The notes: generated from the sequence alone by a model not told the origin. A stretch of 64,000 nucleotides of DNA from an uncultured Bifidobacterium sp. (GCA_964442045.1 CAYTWI010000003.1:2632-66631), one strand, 5' to 3'; shown: positions 25,894 to 36,244, counted from the stretch's first letter. Translations and numbers: made by a program.

Positions 25894-26643
25894 TTACTTT
25901 TTAAAAGGACTATAACTAATGCCAATCATAGGAACAAACGTTTTTTGTCTAAACCTATCATTGTCCTTATACAATTTGTTGGCGGTAGTGTATTCGGCAA
26001 AAATAAAAGTACCTCCTACATTTAATGCCCATTGATTACGAAAGTAGTACTTAATTTTTATTTCCGAGTTTAAGCTGCCTATATCATTATCGCTCACCAA
26101 CAGCAAATTAAAAGGGCTGGGTTTGGCTGTTTGTTTACTATCAGCCATTGGGTTGGAGGTGTTTCTCTTACTGCTGTTGTAATCGGCCGTAACACTGTTG
26201 CCAAAACTAAAACCAATGGCATCAATGTTAAATTCTATTTCCCATTTGTTGGTAAAAGCATAGTTTAAATGAATACTGGCGTTAATACTATTTACATTAA
26301 AGCTGCTTACACCAATGGTGTCAAAATTTTCCAATTTATCATCGGCAAAAATAACAAGAGGGCTCTCCGTTCCGCTGGTGAGTTTAGCCGGTGCAGTAAT
26401 AAAAGCGCCTTTACCAAAGTTGCCGGTAAAACGAATACCATAACCAATTTTAAACTTTTTATTTTTGGTAACCGGGTGTAAATGGTTCCAGCCTAAATCA
26501 ATAATATTAGCCTCTCCATTGCTCGATAAACCCAATTCATAGTTATTCAATCCATTTTTAAAATAACTTGGTTTAGTATCTTGCCCTTTACATAAAGTGG
26601 CCGCAAGTACCAATAGCGTGCATATAAATATTATTTTTTTCAT
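25894..26643 (-). CDS. Secreted hypothetical protein, possibly an outer-membrane beta-barrel
   Basis: 249 aa with a signal peptide and alternating hydrophobic beta-strand pattern. I recognise no family. Confidence 0.5.
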   Translation of the reverse strand: MKKIIFICTLLVLAATLCKGQDTKPSYFKNGLNNYELGLSSNGEANIIDLGWNHLHPVTKNKKFKIGYGIRFTGNFGKGAFITAPAKLTSGTESPLVIFADDKLENFDTIGVSSFNVNSINASIHLNYAFTNKWEIEFNIDAIGFSFGNSVTADYNSSKRNTSNPMADSKQTAKPSPFNLLLVSDNDIGSLNSEIKIKYYFRNQWALNVGGTFIFAEYTTANKLYKDNDRFRQKTFVPMIGISYSPFKK

Positions 26644-26648
26644 GATAA

Positions 26649-27062
26649 CTATATACTTAATTGTTTAACAATGGTGCCCGGCATAGTTAAATCTATACTT
26701 AACACTTGTTTTAAGTGAATAGCTATAATGATTAAATTGAGTAAAAGAACAATGAGTGCGAGTGTAAAGAGTAAGCCGCCATCATTCATAATTTCCAATC
26801 CTAAAACCAATACATGCGAAGCAATAGCGCCAACCATAACCCCTGCTGAAAGGATTGCTCCGATTAATGATTTGCCGGGCCAAATGAGTAATATGGCCGA
26901 TAGTAATTCAGCTATGCCACTGCCTATACGTCCGTATGGTTCCATACCTAAAGTGCTGAATATATAAACAGACTCAGGAGCTGCGGTAAATTTAAAAAAT
27001 AGTGTTTGCAGTAATATAGCTGCTGCACCAAGTCTTGCTATAAGGGCAATTGTTTTTTTCAT
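26649..27062 (-). CDS. DoxX-family membrane protein
   Basis: 137 aa with 4 transmembrane helices. The size and pattern are typical of DoxX. Confidence 0.7.
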   Translation of the reverse strand: MKKTIALIARLGAAAILLQTLFFKFTAAPESVYIFSTLGMEPYGRIGSGIAELLSAILLIWPGKSLIGAILSAGVMVGAIASHVLVLGLEIMNDGGLLFTLALIVLLLNLIIIAIHLKQVLSIDLTMPGTIVKQLSI

Positions 27063-27067
27063 GTTTG

Positions 27068-27511
27068 TTAGGGTTTAAATAGTTTCATTTTTAATATTGG
27101 ATAATCGTTACCATATTCGTCTTTCTCCGTTCTTTCGTAGGTAACAAATCCAAATTTGGAATAAAATTGAATAGCATCTGAATTCTGTTCATTCACATTT
27201 ACCTTGTCAGCTTTTAACTCGTTTAAGGCAAAATTCATCATCCTGGTTCCTAGCTTTTGTCCAATGTAATCAGGGTCTAAAAACAAGCTTTCTATTACGT
27301 GGTCTTCTACTCCTAAAAATCCCAGGACCTTACTTTCAGAAACCAGGCAATAAACCTGGAATGAATTAAAATCAATCTGCTTTACCAGCTCTTTTAACCG
27401 GGCAACTTCTTCCGGAGTAACAAAATGATGTGTTGCGCTGACAGATTTCTCCCAAACGGCAATTAGCTGTTCTCTAAATTCTTCTTTATAAGGAATCAAT
27501 TCCATTTTCAA
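27068..27511 (-). CDS. GNAT-family N-acetyltransferase
   Basis: 147 aa with motif IGQKLGTRMMNFAL and C-terminal FYSKFGF. Confidence 0.8.
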   Translation of the reverse strand: MKMELIPYKEEFREQLIAVWEKSVSATHHFVTPEEVARLKELVKQIDFNSFQVYCLVSESKVLGFLGVEDHVIESLFLDPDYIGQKLGTRMMNFALNELKADKVNVNEQNSDAIQFYSKFGFVTYERTEKDEYGNDYPILKMKLFKP

Positions 27512-27517
27512 TAACGC

Positions 27518-28501
27518 TTATTTAATAAGTATTTTTTGCGTTGTTTTGCCCAGTTCATTTTCTATGCCTACAAAATAAACACCTCTGCTAAACCCTGTTA
27601 AATCAAGCTTCTCAGAGTTGTTAATAGTAGTATTCAACACCTCACTACCCAGCATATTGGTAATACTAATTTTGTTTAATCCAATAGTGTTTAAGTTAAT
27701 ATACAACGCCTCACTGGCGGGGTTTGGAAACAATTGCACACCTATGTCCTGTAATGTTTTAATACCGGTGCTATTCGTTTTTGCAGTAGTTGATCTGGCT
27801 GCATTTAAAATAGTTTTATCACTTGCATTTTGCACAAAGGCCAGTGTATACATGCGGTTTTTATTCCAGGTTGTATTTACAGTTGTTTGTGTCAATACCA
27901 CCAGTGAATCATCTGTATTGTTTGGTAATGTTATATCTACCCCTTGTATATTACTGGCGGCTTTTCTAAACACATCGTAATGCTGGTTTTCTCCATTGGG
28001 GGCATTGTAAAACAAGGTATCTTCCACATACATTACATGTAGTTTTAAATTATTTAACGCAGCACCGGTTAAACGCTTTACCGATACCGTGCTTTTAATC
28101 AAATCGCCTTCTATAGTTTGTTTTACCAAAATACTTACATCAGCAGCTATGTTTTTAAATGGGTTAAAAATACCTGCATTAGCATAATTGGCAGAGGCAG
28201 ATTGTACTACTCCATTAATAACTATACGCGGAGTAGACCCATAAACACCATAATAATTAGTTTTAGCATCGTTCTCCACTTTGTTGTGTTGGTTTAAAAT
28301 GCAGGCTGCATAAGGAGCACTTGGATGATAAGCTATATGCAATACATCTTGTTGTGCACGTAAGTTTTGGTATAAACCCGGATTACGCGATGCACAAACG
28401 GAACATAAGGTATTGGTAAAATGTTCCACCAGGGTTGCTTTGTTTTGGCCCTGTAAAGCCATACTTAAAGCAGTGGTTATAATCAATAAAATCTTTTTCA
28501 T
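27518..28501 (-). CDS. Secreted CxxC (thioredoxin-like/Omp28-related) protein with T9SS C-terminal sorting domain
   Basis: 327 aa with a signal peptide, HFTNTLCSVCASRNP (CxxC), and C-terminus LFPNPASEALYI...GVYFVGI...KILIK. Confidence 0.65.
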   Translation of the reverse strand: MKKILLIITTALSMALQGQNKATLVEHFTNTLCSVCASRNPGLYQNLRAQQDVLHIAYHPSAPYAACILNQHNKVENDAKTNYYGVYGSTPRIVINGVVQSASANYANAGIFNPFKNIAADVSILVKQTIEGDLIKSTVSVKRLTGAALNNLKLHVMYVEDTLFYNAPNGENQHYDVFRKAASNIQGVDITLPNNTDDSLVVLTQTTVNTTWNKNRMYTLAFVQNASDKTILNAARSTTAKTNSTGIKTLQDIGVQLFPNPASEALYINLNTIGLNKISITNMLGSEVLNTTINNSEKLDLTGFSRGVYFVGIENELGKTTQKILIK

Positions 28502-28510
28502 GGTTTTGGC

Positions 28511-28978
28511 TTATTGTTTAACTAATGTATTCCAGTTTTGGTCAGCCTTACTTTTTAAGTTTGCCTCATCAGCGTTCCATTTGTTTATGGTTTTATTAAT
28601 AAAGCTATAGTAAAATAAGTACAGTTTGCCGTTGGCTATTTTGTACGATGTAGGGTCAATTTCTACTTTTTCGCCATTGGCCCCCATGGCGTAAGCACAC
28701 CATCCACCGTAAGCAGGTTCATATTTTTCGGGTGTTTTTAAAAACTGCTCTTTGTGCGAAGCACTGGTAAAGTAATACTGCACCCCTTTGTGAAAAACAA
28801 GGAATTGAGCAATACCTTTTTGTGGTTTTCCTTCAAAATACGAGATTACATCGTAGCCCTGAACGGCTAAACTGTTTTTATCAATATTGAAGTGTTTTTT
28901 ACGGGTGTTGAAATCGGTTTGCGCCTGAGTACTGATAAGCAGCAAAACAGCGCTAAAAAACAAGATTAACTTTTTCAT
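28511..28978 (-). CDS. YHS-domain protein (Cys form of the YHS (seleno)protein family)
   Basis: 155 aa with a signal peptide and motifs GYDVISYF, YYFTSASHKEQF, PEKYEPAYGGWCAYAM and NGKLYLFY. Confidence 0.7.
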   Translation of the reverse strand: MKKLILFFSAVLLLISTQAQTDFNTRKKHFNIDKNSLAVQGYDVISYFEGKPQKGIAQFLVFHKGVQYYFTSASHKEQFLKTPEKYEPAYGGWCAYAMGANGEKVEIDPTSYKIANGKLYLFYYSFINKTINKWNADEANLKSKADQNWNTLVKQ

Positions 28979-29024
28979 AATAAATAATTTTATGGCACAA
29001 AGGAATAAAATAACACCATGCGCG

Positions 29025-29044
29025 TTTGTCGCTTAGGCGACAAA
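29025..29044. promoter_or_regulatory. Perfect 8+8 palindrome TTTGTCGC-TTAG-GCGACAAA in the divergent promoter region
   Basis: It lies 47 bp upstream of the YHS-operon start codon. No T-run follows on either strand, so it looks more like an operator or 5'-UTR hairpin than a terminator. Confidence 0.3.
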
Positions 29045-29289
29045 AACCCGAAATTGCTTTTGCTGTATTGGGTAAAAGAGTTTCGTAAAATTTTGATACA
29101 CAATTAAATTAGTGATGTAGAAAAAGTTAACAATAACGTTTTGCAACCAATTGCAGGTAAATAAATTCATGCTAAAACCTAATTAAATGATGTTAGAATA
29201 ACTATTGCGCCATATACCATTTTCCCTTATGTTTGCCATTTACACCTAAAACGTAAAAAATTAATAAAAGCAAAATATATTTAGCACTA

Positions 29290-32200
29290 ATGAATAAATA
29301 CAATTTAAGCAACAATGTACTCGGTTGGATTACATTTATTATTTCTCTAATTACTTATACATTAACCCTTGAACCTACTGTTAGTTTCTGGGATTGTGGT
29401 GAGTTTATTTCAGCATCGTACCGTTTGCAAATTTGCCATCCTCCGGGAGCACCATTGTTTTTAATGATTGGGCGTATATTCTCCCTTTTTGCTTCTGATG
29501 TTACCAAGGTTGCATTTATGGTAAATATGGTTTCGGCTACTACCAGTGCTTTGTGTGTAATGTTTACCTTCTGGACAATTACCCATTTAGGTAAAAAAAT
29601 AGTGAGCAAAGCAGGTGAGCAATTATCGGCACAACAGGTTTTTGCGGTAATGGGAGCAGGTTTAGTAGGAGCCTTAACACTTAACTTTAGCGATACATTC
29701 TGGTTTTCAGCAGTAGAGGCAGAGGTGTATGCTTCATCAAGTTTCTTTACTACCTTAACTTTTTGGTGTATTTTAAAATGGGAAGATTCAGCCAACGAAA
29801 AAGGTGCTGACCGCTGGATTGTTTTAATTGCTTATTTAATTGGTTTAGCTATTGGTGTCCATTTATTGAATTTGTTGGTTATTCCGGCCATTGTTTACGT
29901 TTATTACTTTAAAAAGAACACTTATACTTTACCAGGATTTTTAAAAGCTTCGGCAGTAGCCGTATTAGCTATTGGTTTTGTACAGTTTGGTATTATACCG
30001 GGCTTGCCAACTTTGGCTACCAAGCTTGATTATTTTGCGGTAAACTCAATGGGTTTTTCTACCAACACAGGTACCTTAATGTTAATCGTTATCATGTTAG
30101 TGCTAATGGTTTCGTCATTACATTATACCCAAACCAACGATAAAAGAAGTTTATATGCTGCCATTGCTTGTTACGCAATACTGTTCTTAGTATCTTTCAA
30201 TATAAATGCAGGATTGGGAACCTTTATAGGATGGGCACTTTTAACAGGTATTCTTTATGTAATTTTCTTTTATGCTAAAGTTTCCAATGCAGTTAAAAAT
30301 ATCATTGTATTATCATTTTCATTTATAGTAATAGGTTTTTCAAGTTATGCTATGATTATTGTTCGTTCACTAGGCAATCCACCTATCGATATGAACGACC
30401 CTGATCAGCCATTTGCGTTGCTATCATACATTAATCGTGAACAGTATGGCGATAATCCATTATTGTACGGTCAGTATTTTTATGCACGTCCTATAGGTAC
30501 CAAATCAAAAGGTATGAACTACAGGCGCTCGGTTGATGCCAATGGAAAAGAGCAGTACGTAGAAGCAGGAGAAAAATTAGAAAGAGAATACGATCCGAAA
30601 GATTGTACTATTTTACCGCGTATGTGGGCAGATAGAGCCGATTATGTGCAATCGTACAGAAATTGGGAGGATATTGGCGAAGGTAAAAAAGCCACATTTG
30701 GAAAAAATATAGACTTTTTATTATCATACCAATTAGGCTTTATGTATTGGCGCTATTTCTTCTGGAATTTTGTGGGTCGCCAAAACGATGAGCAAGGTTA
30801 TGGAGATGTAACCAAAGGAAACTGGATAACTGGTATTACCTTCTTTGACGAATGGAGATTAGGTCCGCAAAAAGACCTTCCGGCATTGTTAAAAAATAAC
30901 AAAGCACACAATACTTACTTTGGTATTCCATTAATATTGGGTATTATCGGTTTAATTTTCCATTTCAGAAAACAAAAAGAAGATGCCACAGTAATAACAA
31001 CCTTGTTCTTATTTACCGGTTTCTTCATTATTCTATACCTGAATTTCCCGGCACACCAGCCTCGCGAGCGTGATTATGCCTATGTAGGCTCATACCAAAC
31101 ATTTATAATATGGATAGGTTTGGGTGTTTTAGCTATTATTGACTGGTTGTCGAAAAAAATGAATGCTATGGCAGCCACAGGTTTAACCACAGCCGCCTGT
31201 TTATTAGGAGCACCAATTTTAATGGGACAGCAAAATTGGGATGATCATAACCGCTCAAACCGTTTTACAGCATTACATTTTGCCGAAGACTATTTAAACA
31301 GCTGCGAAAAAGATGCTATACTATTTACCAATGGCGATAATGATACCTACCCGTTATGGTATGCCCAAAACGTAGAAAATATAAGAAGCGACATACGTAT
31401 TATAAACTTAAGCTTATTGGGTACCGACTGGTATGCTGATGGCTTAAGACGTCAGGCATACGATGGTAAACCTGTTGAATTTAGCTGGACACCTGATAAA
31501 TACATTCAGGGAACAAGAGATTACGTAGTATTTTACGATAATCCGAGTTTAGGCTTAAACCAGACAGATTATTATGATTTGAATAAATTAATGGCCTTCA
31601 TGGGCGATGATAATAAATCAAGTCAGGTGCAAATGCAAAGTGGTGAGTACATTAACTATTACCCTACCAAACGCTTTAGCATAAAAATAGATAAAGAAGC
31701 TTGCTTAAAAAATGGCGTTGTACAGCCAGAAGATGCAGCCATGATGGTTGACAGTATTAAGTTTGAAGTTAGCAATAACCCTAATAACATGTTAAAGCCT
31801 GATTTGTTAACGCTTGATATTGTAAGCTCAAACATTAATAAAAGACCTATTTATTGGGCTATAACAACCGGTAGCGATGTGTATTTAAATATGCAAAACT
31901 ACTTCCAGATGGAAGGATTAACTTATCGTTTAGTACCTATATTAAATCAACAAAACCCTAACGACCCAAGCACCGGCAGAATAAACTCAAAAGTGCTTTG
32001 GAATAACGTAATGAATAAATTCAAGTGGGGTAATATTGAAGACAAAAATGTGTATTTAGACGAAACCATTTTACGTCAAACCAAAAACTTCAGAAATATA
32101 TTCTACCGTTTAGCTGAGAAATTGGTACAGGAAGGTAAAAAAGACAGCGCTATTAAAGCACTGGACTATTGCCAAAAAGTATTACCGGAGTATAATATTT

Positions 32201-32481
32201 CACACGATGTGTTTTCAGTTCGCTTAGCCGAAGGTTACTTCCAGGCAGGTGCAATTGATAAAGCCAACCAGTTGTTGAAACAAATTACAGAAACCAGCAA
32301 CACAAAAGCTACTTACTATAAAACGTTTAAAAACACTAAGAAATTTAAATCTGTTCAGCCTGAATTAGAGGAAAACATACAGATTATTAGCTATTGTATT
32401 CAGGTAGCACAGTTTTATAAGCAAGATAAAATAGCTAAAGAATTAAACGATAAATTAACAGCTATTACTGCAGGTATATAA
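29290..32481 (+). CDS. DUF2723-family large membrane protein (TMEM260-like, putative glycosyltransferase fold)
   Basis: 1063 aa with N-terminal SFWDCGEFI and HPPGAPLF motifs, more than 10 transmembrane helices, and a large soluble C-terminal half. Confidence 0.7.
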   Translation: MNKYNLSNNVLGWITFIISLITYTLTLEPTVSFWDCGEFISASYRLQICHPPGAPLFLMIGRIFSLFASDVTKVAFMVNMVSATTSALCVMFTFWTITHLGKKIVSKAGEQLSAQQVFAVMGAGLVGALTLNFSDTFWFSAVEAEVYASSSFFTTLTFWCILKWEDSANEKGADRWIVLIAYLIGLAIGVHLLNLLVIPAIVYVYYFKKNTYTLPGFLKASAVAVLAIGFVQFGIIPGLPTLATKLDYFAVNSMGFSTNTGTLMLIVIMLVLMVSSLHYTQTNDKRSLYAAIACYAILFLVSFNINAGLGTFIGWALLTGILYVIFFYAKVSNAVKNIIVLSFSFIVIGFSSYAMIIVRSLGNPPIDMNDPDQPFALLSYINREQYGDNPLLYGQYFYARPIGTKSKGMNYRRSVDANGKEQYVEAGEKLEREYDPKDCTILPRMWADRADYVQSYRNWEDIGEGKKATFGKNIDFLLSYQLGFMYWRYFFWNFVGRQNDEQGYGDVTKGNWITGITFFDEWRLGPQKDLPALLKNNKAHNTYFGIPLILGIIGLIFHFRKQKEDATVITTLFLFTGFFIILYLNFPAHQPRERDYAYVGSYQTFIIWIGLGVLAIIDWLSKKMNAMAATGLTTAACLLGAPILMGQQNWDDHNRSNRFTALHFAEDYLNSCEKDAILFTNGDNDTYPLWYAQNVENIRSDIRIINLSLLGTDWYADGLRRQAYDGKPVEFSWTPDKYIQGTRDYVVFYDNPSLGLNQTDYYDLNKLMAFMGDDNKSSQVQMQSGEYINYYPTKRFSIKIDKEACLKNGVVQPEDAAMMVDSIKFEVSNNPNNMLKPDLLTLDIVSSNINKRPIYWAITTGSDVYLNMQNYFQMEGLTYRLVPILNQQNPNDPSTGRINSKVLWNNVMNKFKWGNIEDKNVYLDETILRQTKNFRNIFYRLAEKLVQEGKKDSAIKALDYCQKVLPEYNISHDVFSVRLAEGYFQAGAIDKANQLLKQITETSNTKATYYKTFKNTKKFKSVQPELEENIQIISYCIQVAQFYKQDKIAKELNDKLTAITAGI

Positions 32482-32506
32482 CAAAGGTTGTATAAACCCG
32501 CATATA

Positions 32507-32548
32507 AAAACCCCGTTATAAATTCATTTTATAACGGGGTTTTCTTTT
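32507..32548. terminator. Bidirectional rho-independent terminator between convergent genes
   Basis: AAAACCCCGTTATAA - loop - TTATAACGGGGTTTTC. Confidence 0.8.
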
Positions 32549-32566
32549 ATTCAATTAAAAGTAAAA

Positions 32567-33466
32567 TTAGCTGTTCCTGAAATTCCTGTTGTCGTAACCC
32601 CACATCAGTTTTTCGCGTAAAGTTTGTAAATAATTTTCGCTGTTTAAACGCAGTAAGTTCATTTTAAAATCAGCTTTACGTACTGCTAATTGTGTACTTG
32701 CCTCAATACTTTCCGAGCGCGAATCAAGCGTTGCTAAAAACGAAGTACTGCGACCTTCTACCTCAAACGATATTACATTGTTATCAGATATAATAATAGG
32801 CCTTACATTTAAGTTATGTGGCGCAATAGGTGTAATAACAAGGCTGGCACTTGAAGGATATAATATAGGTCCGCCACAGCTTAAGTTATAGCCGGTACTA
32901 CCGGTTGGAGTAGATATAATTAAACCATCGCTCCAATACGAGTTAAGGAATTCACCATTAATAAAAGTATGAATAGTAATCATACTTGAGCTATCCTTTT
33001 TGTGTAATACAAAATCATTTAAAGCATATTTTACGCCACCAAACATATTGGCTTTGTTGCTTTCCAATTGCAATACCGTTCTGGAGTCAGTACTAAAACG
33101 GCCTTTCTCCAAATCATCAACCATAGCGCATGCTTCATGTGCAGGAACCCCCGCTAAAAAACCTAACCGGCCAGTATTAATACCAATTATAGGGGTTTGC
33201 ATGTGCCTTACAAATTCCAGGCACATCAATATAGTACCATCACCACCGATGCTTACTACAAAATCAAATTTTGCTTTTTCAAAGTCTTGGTAATTAGAAA
33301 AAGTTTTTGTTTTAGGCGAAATGTTTAAGCCATTGCGTAAGCCATCTTCTAAAAATTTCCTATAAACAGAAAAATTTATTTTTTTCTCTTCCAGGTAATC
33401 AAAAAACTGCTGCAATTCGTTGTAGCGTTCCTCTTTAAAATATCTTCCAAATATGGCAATTTGCAT
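32567..33466 (-). CDS. nadK: NAD(+) kinase
   Basis: 299 aa with GGDGT motif (SIGGDGTIL), NTGRLGFL and TPTGSTGYNLS. Confidence 0.9.
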   Translation of the reverse strand: MQIAIFGRYFKEERYNELQQFFDYLEEKKINFSVYRKFLEDGLRNGLNISPKTKTFSNYQDFEKAKFDFVVSIGGDGTILMCLEFVRHMQTPIIGINTGRLGFLAGVPAHEACAMVDDLEKGRFSTDSRTVLQLESNKANMFGGVKYALNDFVLHKKDSSSMITIHTFINGEFLNSYWSDGLIISTPTGSTGYNLSCGGPILYPSSASLVITPIAPHNLNVRPIIISDNNVISFEVEGRSTSFLATLDSRSESIEASTQLAVRKADFKMNLLRLNSENYLQTLREKLMWGYDNRNFRNS

Positions 33467-33472
33467 GGGTTT

Positions 33473-34129
33473 CTATGTATTCAAATATTTAATCAGCCAA
33501 CTATACCTTGCATTAAAATTATCTTCGTCATCACGTTGAACCGAAGCAAAAATTATATCATAGCTGAATCGTTCAAAAGTGGCAATTATATATTTTAGGT
33601 CTATTACATTATATTTTAAAGATACCTGAATGGTGTTGTTTTCATCACCCAGCGGATGTACATGCATGTATAAAATTTTAGCATTGTTTACTTCAGTTAT
33701 ACGCGCAATCTCAGCCAATGAATAATTGTTGGCAGACATTTGTAATACAATAATACCACCTTCCTGCCCCAGGCTGCTGCTGTTAAATAGTTGTTTCGCC
33801 AAATCTTTAGCAGTTACAACACCTTTAAAATTTTGCTCACCATCAATAACGGATATAGCGGTTATATTAGAAGTAAACAATAACTTTAATATATCATACA
33901 AATGGGTGTTTTCGTGGCAAAAAGGAGGCTGAGGATTGAGTAAGTCAGTTACTTTTTCGCTGCTATATGGTAAAAGCATTTGCTCATTAACAACACCTAA
34001 AAGTTTATTGTTTTGAACCACCGGTAAGTCTTTTATACCCCAATCGTCCATAAACAACAAGGCATTAGATGCACTATCACTGGGCTTGAGCGCAAATACT
34101 TCGTTTGAAACAAGTTGAAAAGCAAACAT
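33473..34129 (-). CDS. CBS-domain protein
   Basis: 218 aa with a tandem CBS-like pattern in the N-terminal half. It lies 6 bp upstream of nadK. Confidence 0.65.
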   Translation of the reverse strand: MFAFQLVSNEVFALKPSDSASNALLFMDDWGIKDLPVVQNNKLLGVVNEQMLLPYSSEKVTDLLNPQPPFCHENTHLYDILKLLFTSNITAISVIDGEQNFKGVVTAKDLAKQLFNSSSLGQEGGIIVLQMSANNYSLAEIARITEVNNAKILYMHVHPLGDENNTIQVSLKYNVIDLKYIIATFERFSYDIIFASVQRDDEDNFNARYSWLIKYLNT

Positions 34130-34235
34130 TTAATTAATAATAAATTTTAAACAAATATACTTAGAGTTGAAAGCTTTCCAACACCTGAGTAAAAACGATA
34201 CAATTGATAAAAGTAGTGTAAATAAACACAAAAAC

Positions 34236-34820
34236 TTAACAGAAAGAAAGCCTGTTTGTTTTTACATGAGTAATAAAGTTCTTAATTAATTGCAGGCCAT
34301 ATTCCGTCTCACAGCTTTCCGGATGAAACTGAATTCCCCATATAGGCAAAGATGCATGTTTAAAAGCCATTATCTCATCGTTACAGAAACAGGTTGCAAT
34401 TAAGTCTGCAGGTAATTTATCAATAATCAAAGAGTGGTATCGCGTAGCATTAAACAGGGTAGGAATGTGTTCAAACATTACATCGTCTGTATGGTTCATA
34501 GCATCTACTTTTCCGTGTCGAGGTAAACCAGCCTTATGCAATTCAGCACCAAAAAACTCTCCAATAGCCTGGTGGCCTAAACAGATACCCAATATAGGTT
34601 TTTGCCTATGGTAAGCATGAATTAAATCCATTAATATACCAGATACTTTAGGTACTTTAGGGCCAGGAGAAATTACAATGGCATCAAATTCAATCAAATT
34701 CAGTTCAGCTAAAGTAATGGCATTGTTTCTGTATGTAAGGCAATTGCAACCACATTGCTCCAAATAGTCTTTGAGCATATAGGTGAAAGAATCAAAATTA
34801 TCGAGCAGGAGTATTTTCAA
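34236..34820 (-). CDS. Glutamine amidotransferase subunit of anthranilate / aminodeoxychorismate synthase
   Basis: 194 aa with class-I GATase triad motifs GICLGHQ and QFHPES. I cannot decide between TrpG and PabA from sequence alone. Confidence 0.85.
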   Translation of the reverse strand: MKILLLDNFDSFTYMLKDYLEQCGCNCLTYRNNAITLAELNLIEFDAIVISPGPKVPKVSGILMDLIHAYHRQKPILGICLGHQAIGEFFGAELHKAGLPRHGKVDAMNHTDDVMFEHIPTLFNATRYHSLIIDKLPADLIATCFCNDEIMAFKHASLPIWGIQFHPESCETEYGLQLIKNFITHVKTNRLSFC

Positions 34821-34856
34821 AAGTAAATATAACTTATAATTGCTAAAAATTAGAAA

Positions 34857-35417
34857 ATGTTTTTACGCAATTTAAGAGCATATTATTTAAAACATAAAAT
34901 AAAAAAAAAGACAACGATTTTAAATCAAGGATTTATTGTTTGGAATAGTCAGGCAATAAATAATCATTTAGGTTGTACGTTTAAGCTTGGTGATAAAAGT
35001 ATTTTTGAAGGAACCTTTTTTTTTGATAGACCAAATGCTAAAATTGAAATTGGTAATAGAACCTTTATTGGTTCTGGAACTAAACTGGTTGCCGCATCAA
35101 ACATTACTATTGGAAGCGATGTACTAATCTCATGGGGTTGTACTATTGTAGATCACAACTCACATGCAGTAAAGTTTGAAGGAAGAAAAAATGATGTAGT
35201 AAATTGGGGGCAAGGGAAAAAAGATTGGACATATGTTAAAATAGAACCAACAATTATTGAGGATAAGGTATGGATAGGTTTTGATGTAAAAATTTTAAAA
35301 GGAATAAGAATTGGAGAAGGAGCTGTAATAGCTGCGGGTAGTGTAGTAACCAAAAATGTTGAACCATATACAATTGTTGGAGGAAATCCGGCTAAGTATA
35401 TTAAAGATAATAATTAG
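34857..35417 (+). CDS. Hexapeptide-repeat (LbH) acyl/acetyltransferase
   Basis: 186 aa with left-handed beta-helix repeats ([15 protein letters not shown]..., [13 protein letters not shown]) and C-terminal IVGGNPAK. Confidence 0.8.
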   Translation: MFLRNLRAYYLKHKIKKKTTILNQGFIVWNSQAINNHLGCTFKLGDKSIFEGTFFFDRPNAKIEIGNRTFIGSGTKLVAASNITIGSDVLISWGCTIVDHNSHAVKFEGRKNDVVNWGQGKKDWTYVKIEPTIIEDKVWIGFDVKILKGIRIGEGAVIAAGSVVTKNVEPYTIVGGNPAKYIKDNN

Positions 35418-35419
35418 TA

Positions 35420-36244
35420 ATGAATTGGGAACAGGCAGTAGCGCAACTAAGAAACAAACCAGAATTCACACAAGCAGTATTGGATAATTATTTTGAAGCA
35501 GATATACAAGCCTCTGCCGATAGATTCTTTGCAAGTGAAGAGTTTAATTCACTAATGAAATTAATTCCTGACAATGCAAAGAATATTTTAGACATAGGTG
35601 CTGGCCGGGGAATTGTAACCTATGCTTTTGCAAAAAGCAATTTACAAACCTATGCTTTAGAGCCTGACCCAAGTAATGATGTTGGGGCGGGGGCTATTAA
35701 TTATTTATCAGCGCAAAATGATTTAGGTATTCAAGTGGCTGAAACTTTTGGTGAACAATTACCCTATGCAGATAATTTTTTTGATGTAGTTTATGTACGT
35801 CAGGTTCTTCATCATGCTAATGATTTAGGCAAATTTTGTAAAGAAGTACAAAGAGTATTAAAGCCGGGAGGCACATTTATTGCTACACGAGAGCATGTAT
35901 TGAGTAATGAAAGTGATTTACCAGTATTTTTGAATAATCATTTATTGCACAAGCTATATGGTGGCGAGCATGCCTACACTTTGGTCCATTATATTTCATG
36001 TATTGAACAAGCAGGTTTGGATATAAAACAAATAATAAATCCATATCAAAGTGTTATTAATTTTGCACCTACGTCAATACAACAGATGAAAACTAATTTT
36101 ATCAATACCTTATCAAAAATAATGGGAGAACCATTTGCAAAAATGTTGGTAAGTAACAATATTTTTTATAATTTAATGTGTTTGGTAAAAGGTAAGTCTG
36201 ATAAGTCTCCTGGCCGCTTATATTCATTTGTTGCTATAAAGTAA
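35420..36244 (+). CDS. Class I SAM-dependent methyltransferase
   Basis: 274 aa with motif I ILDIGAGRG, and later FDVVYVRQVLHH and LKPGG. Confidence 0.8.
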   Translation: MNWEQAVAQLRNKPEFTQAVLDNYFEADIQASADRFFASEEFNSLMKLIPDNAKNILDIGAGRGIVTYAFAKSNLQTYALEPDPSNDVGAGAINYLSAQNDLGIQVAETFGEQLPYADNFFDVVYVRQVLHHANDLGKFCKEVQRVLKPGGTFIATREHVLSNESDLPVFLNNHLLHKLYGGEHAYTLVHYISCIEQAGLDIKQIINPYQSVINFAPTSIQQMKTNFINTLSKIMGEPFAKMLVSNNIFYNLMCLVKGKSDKSPGRLYSFVAIK

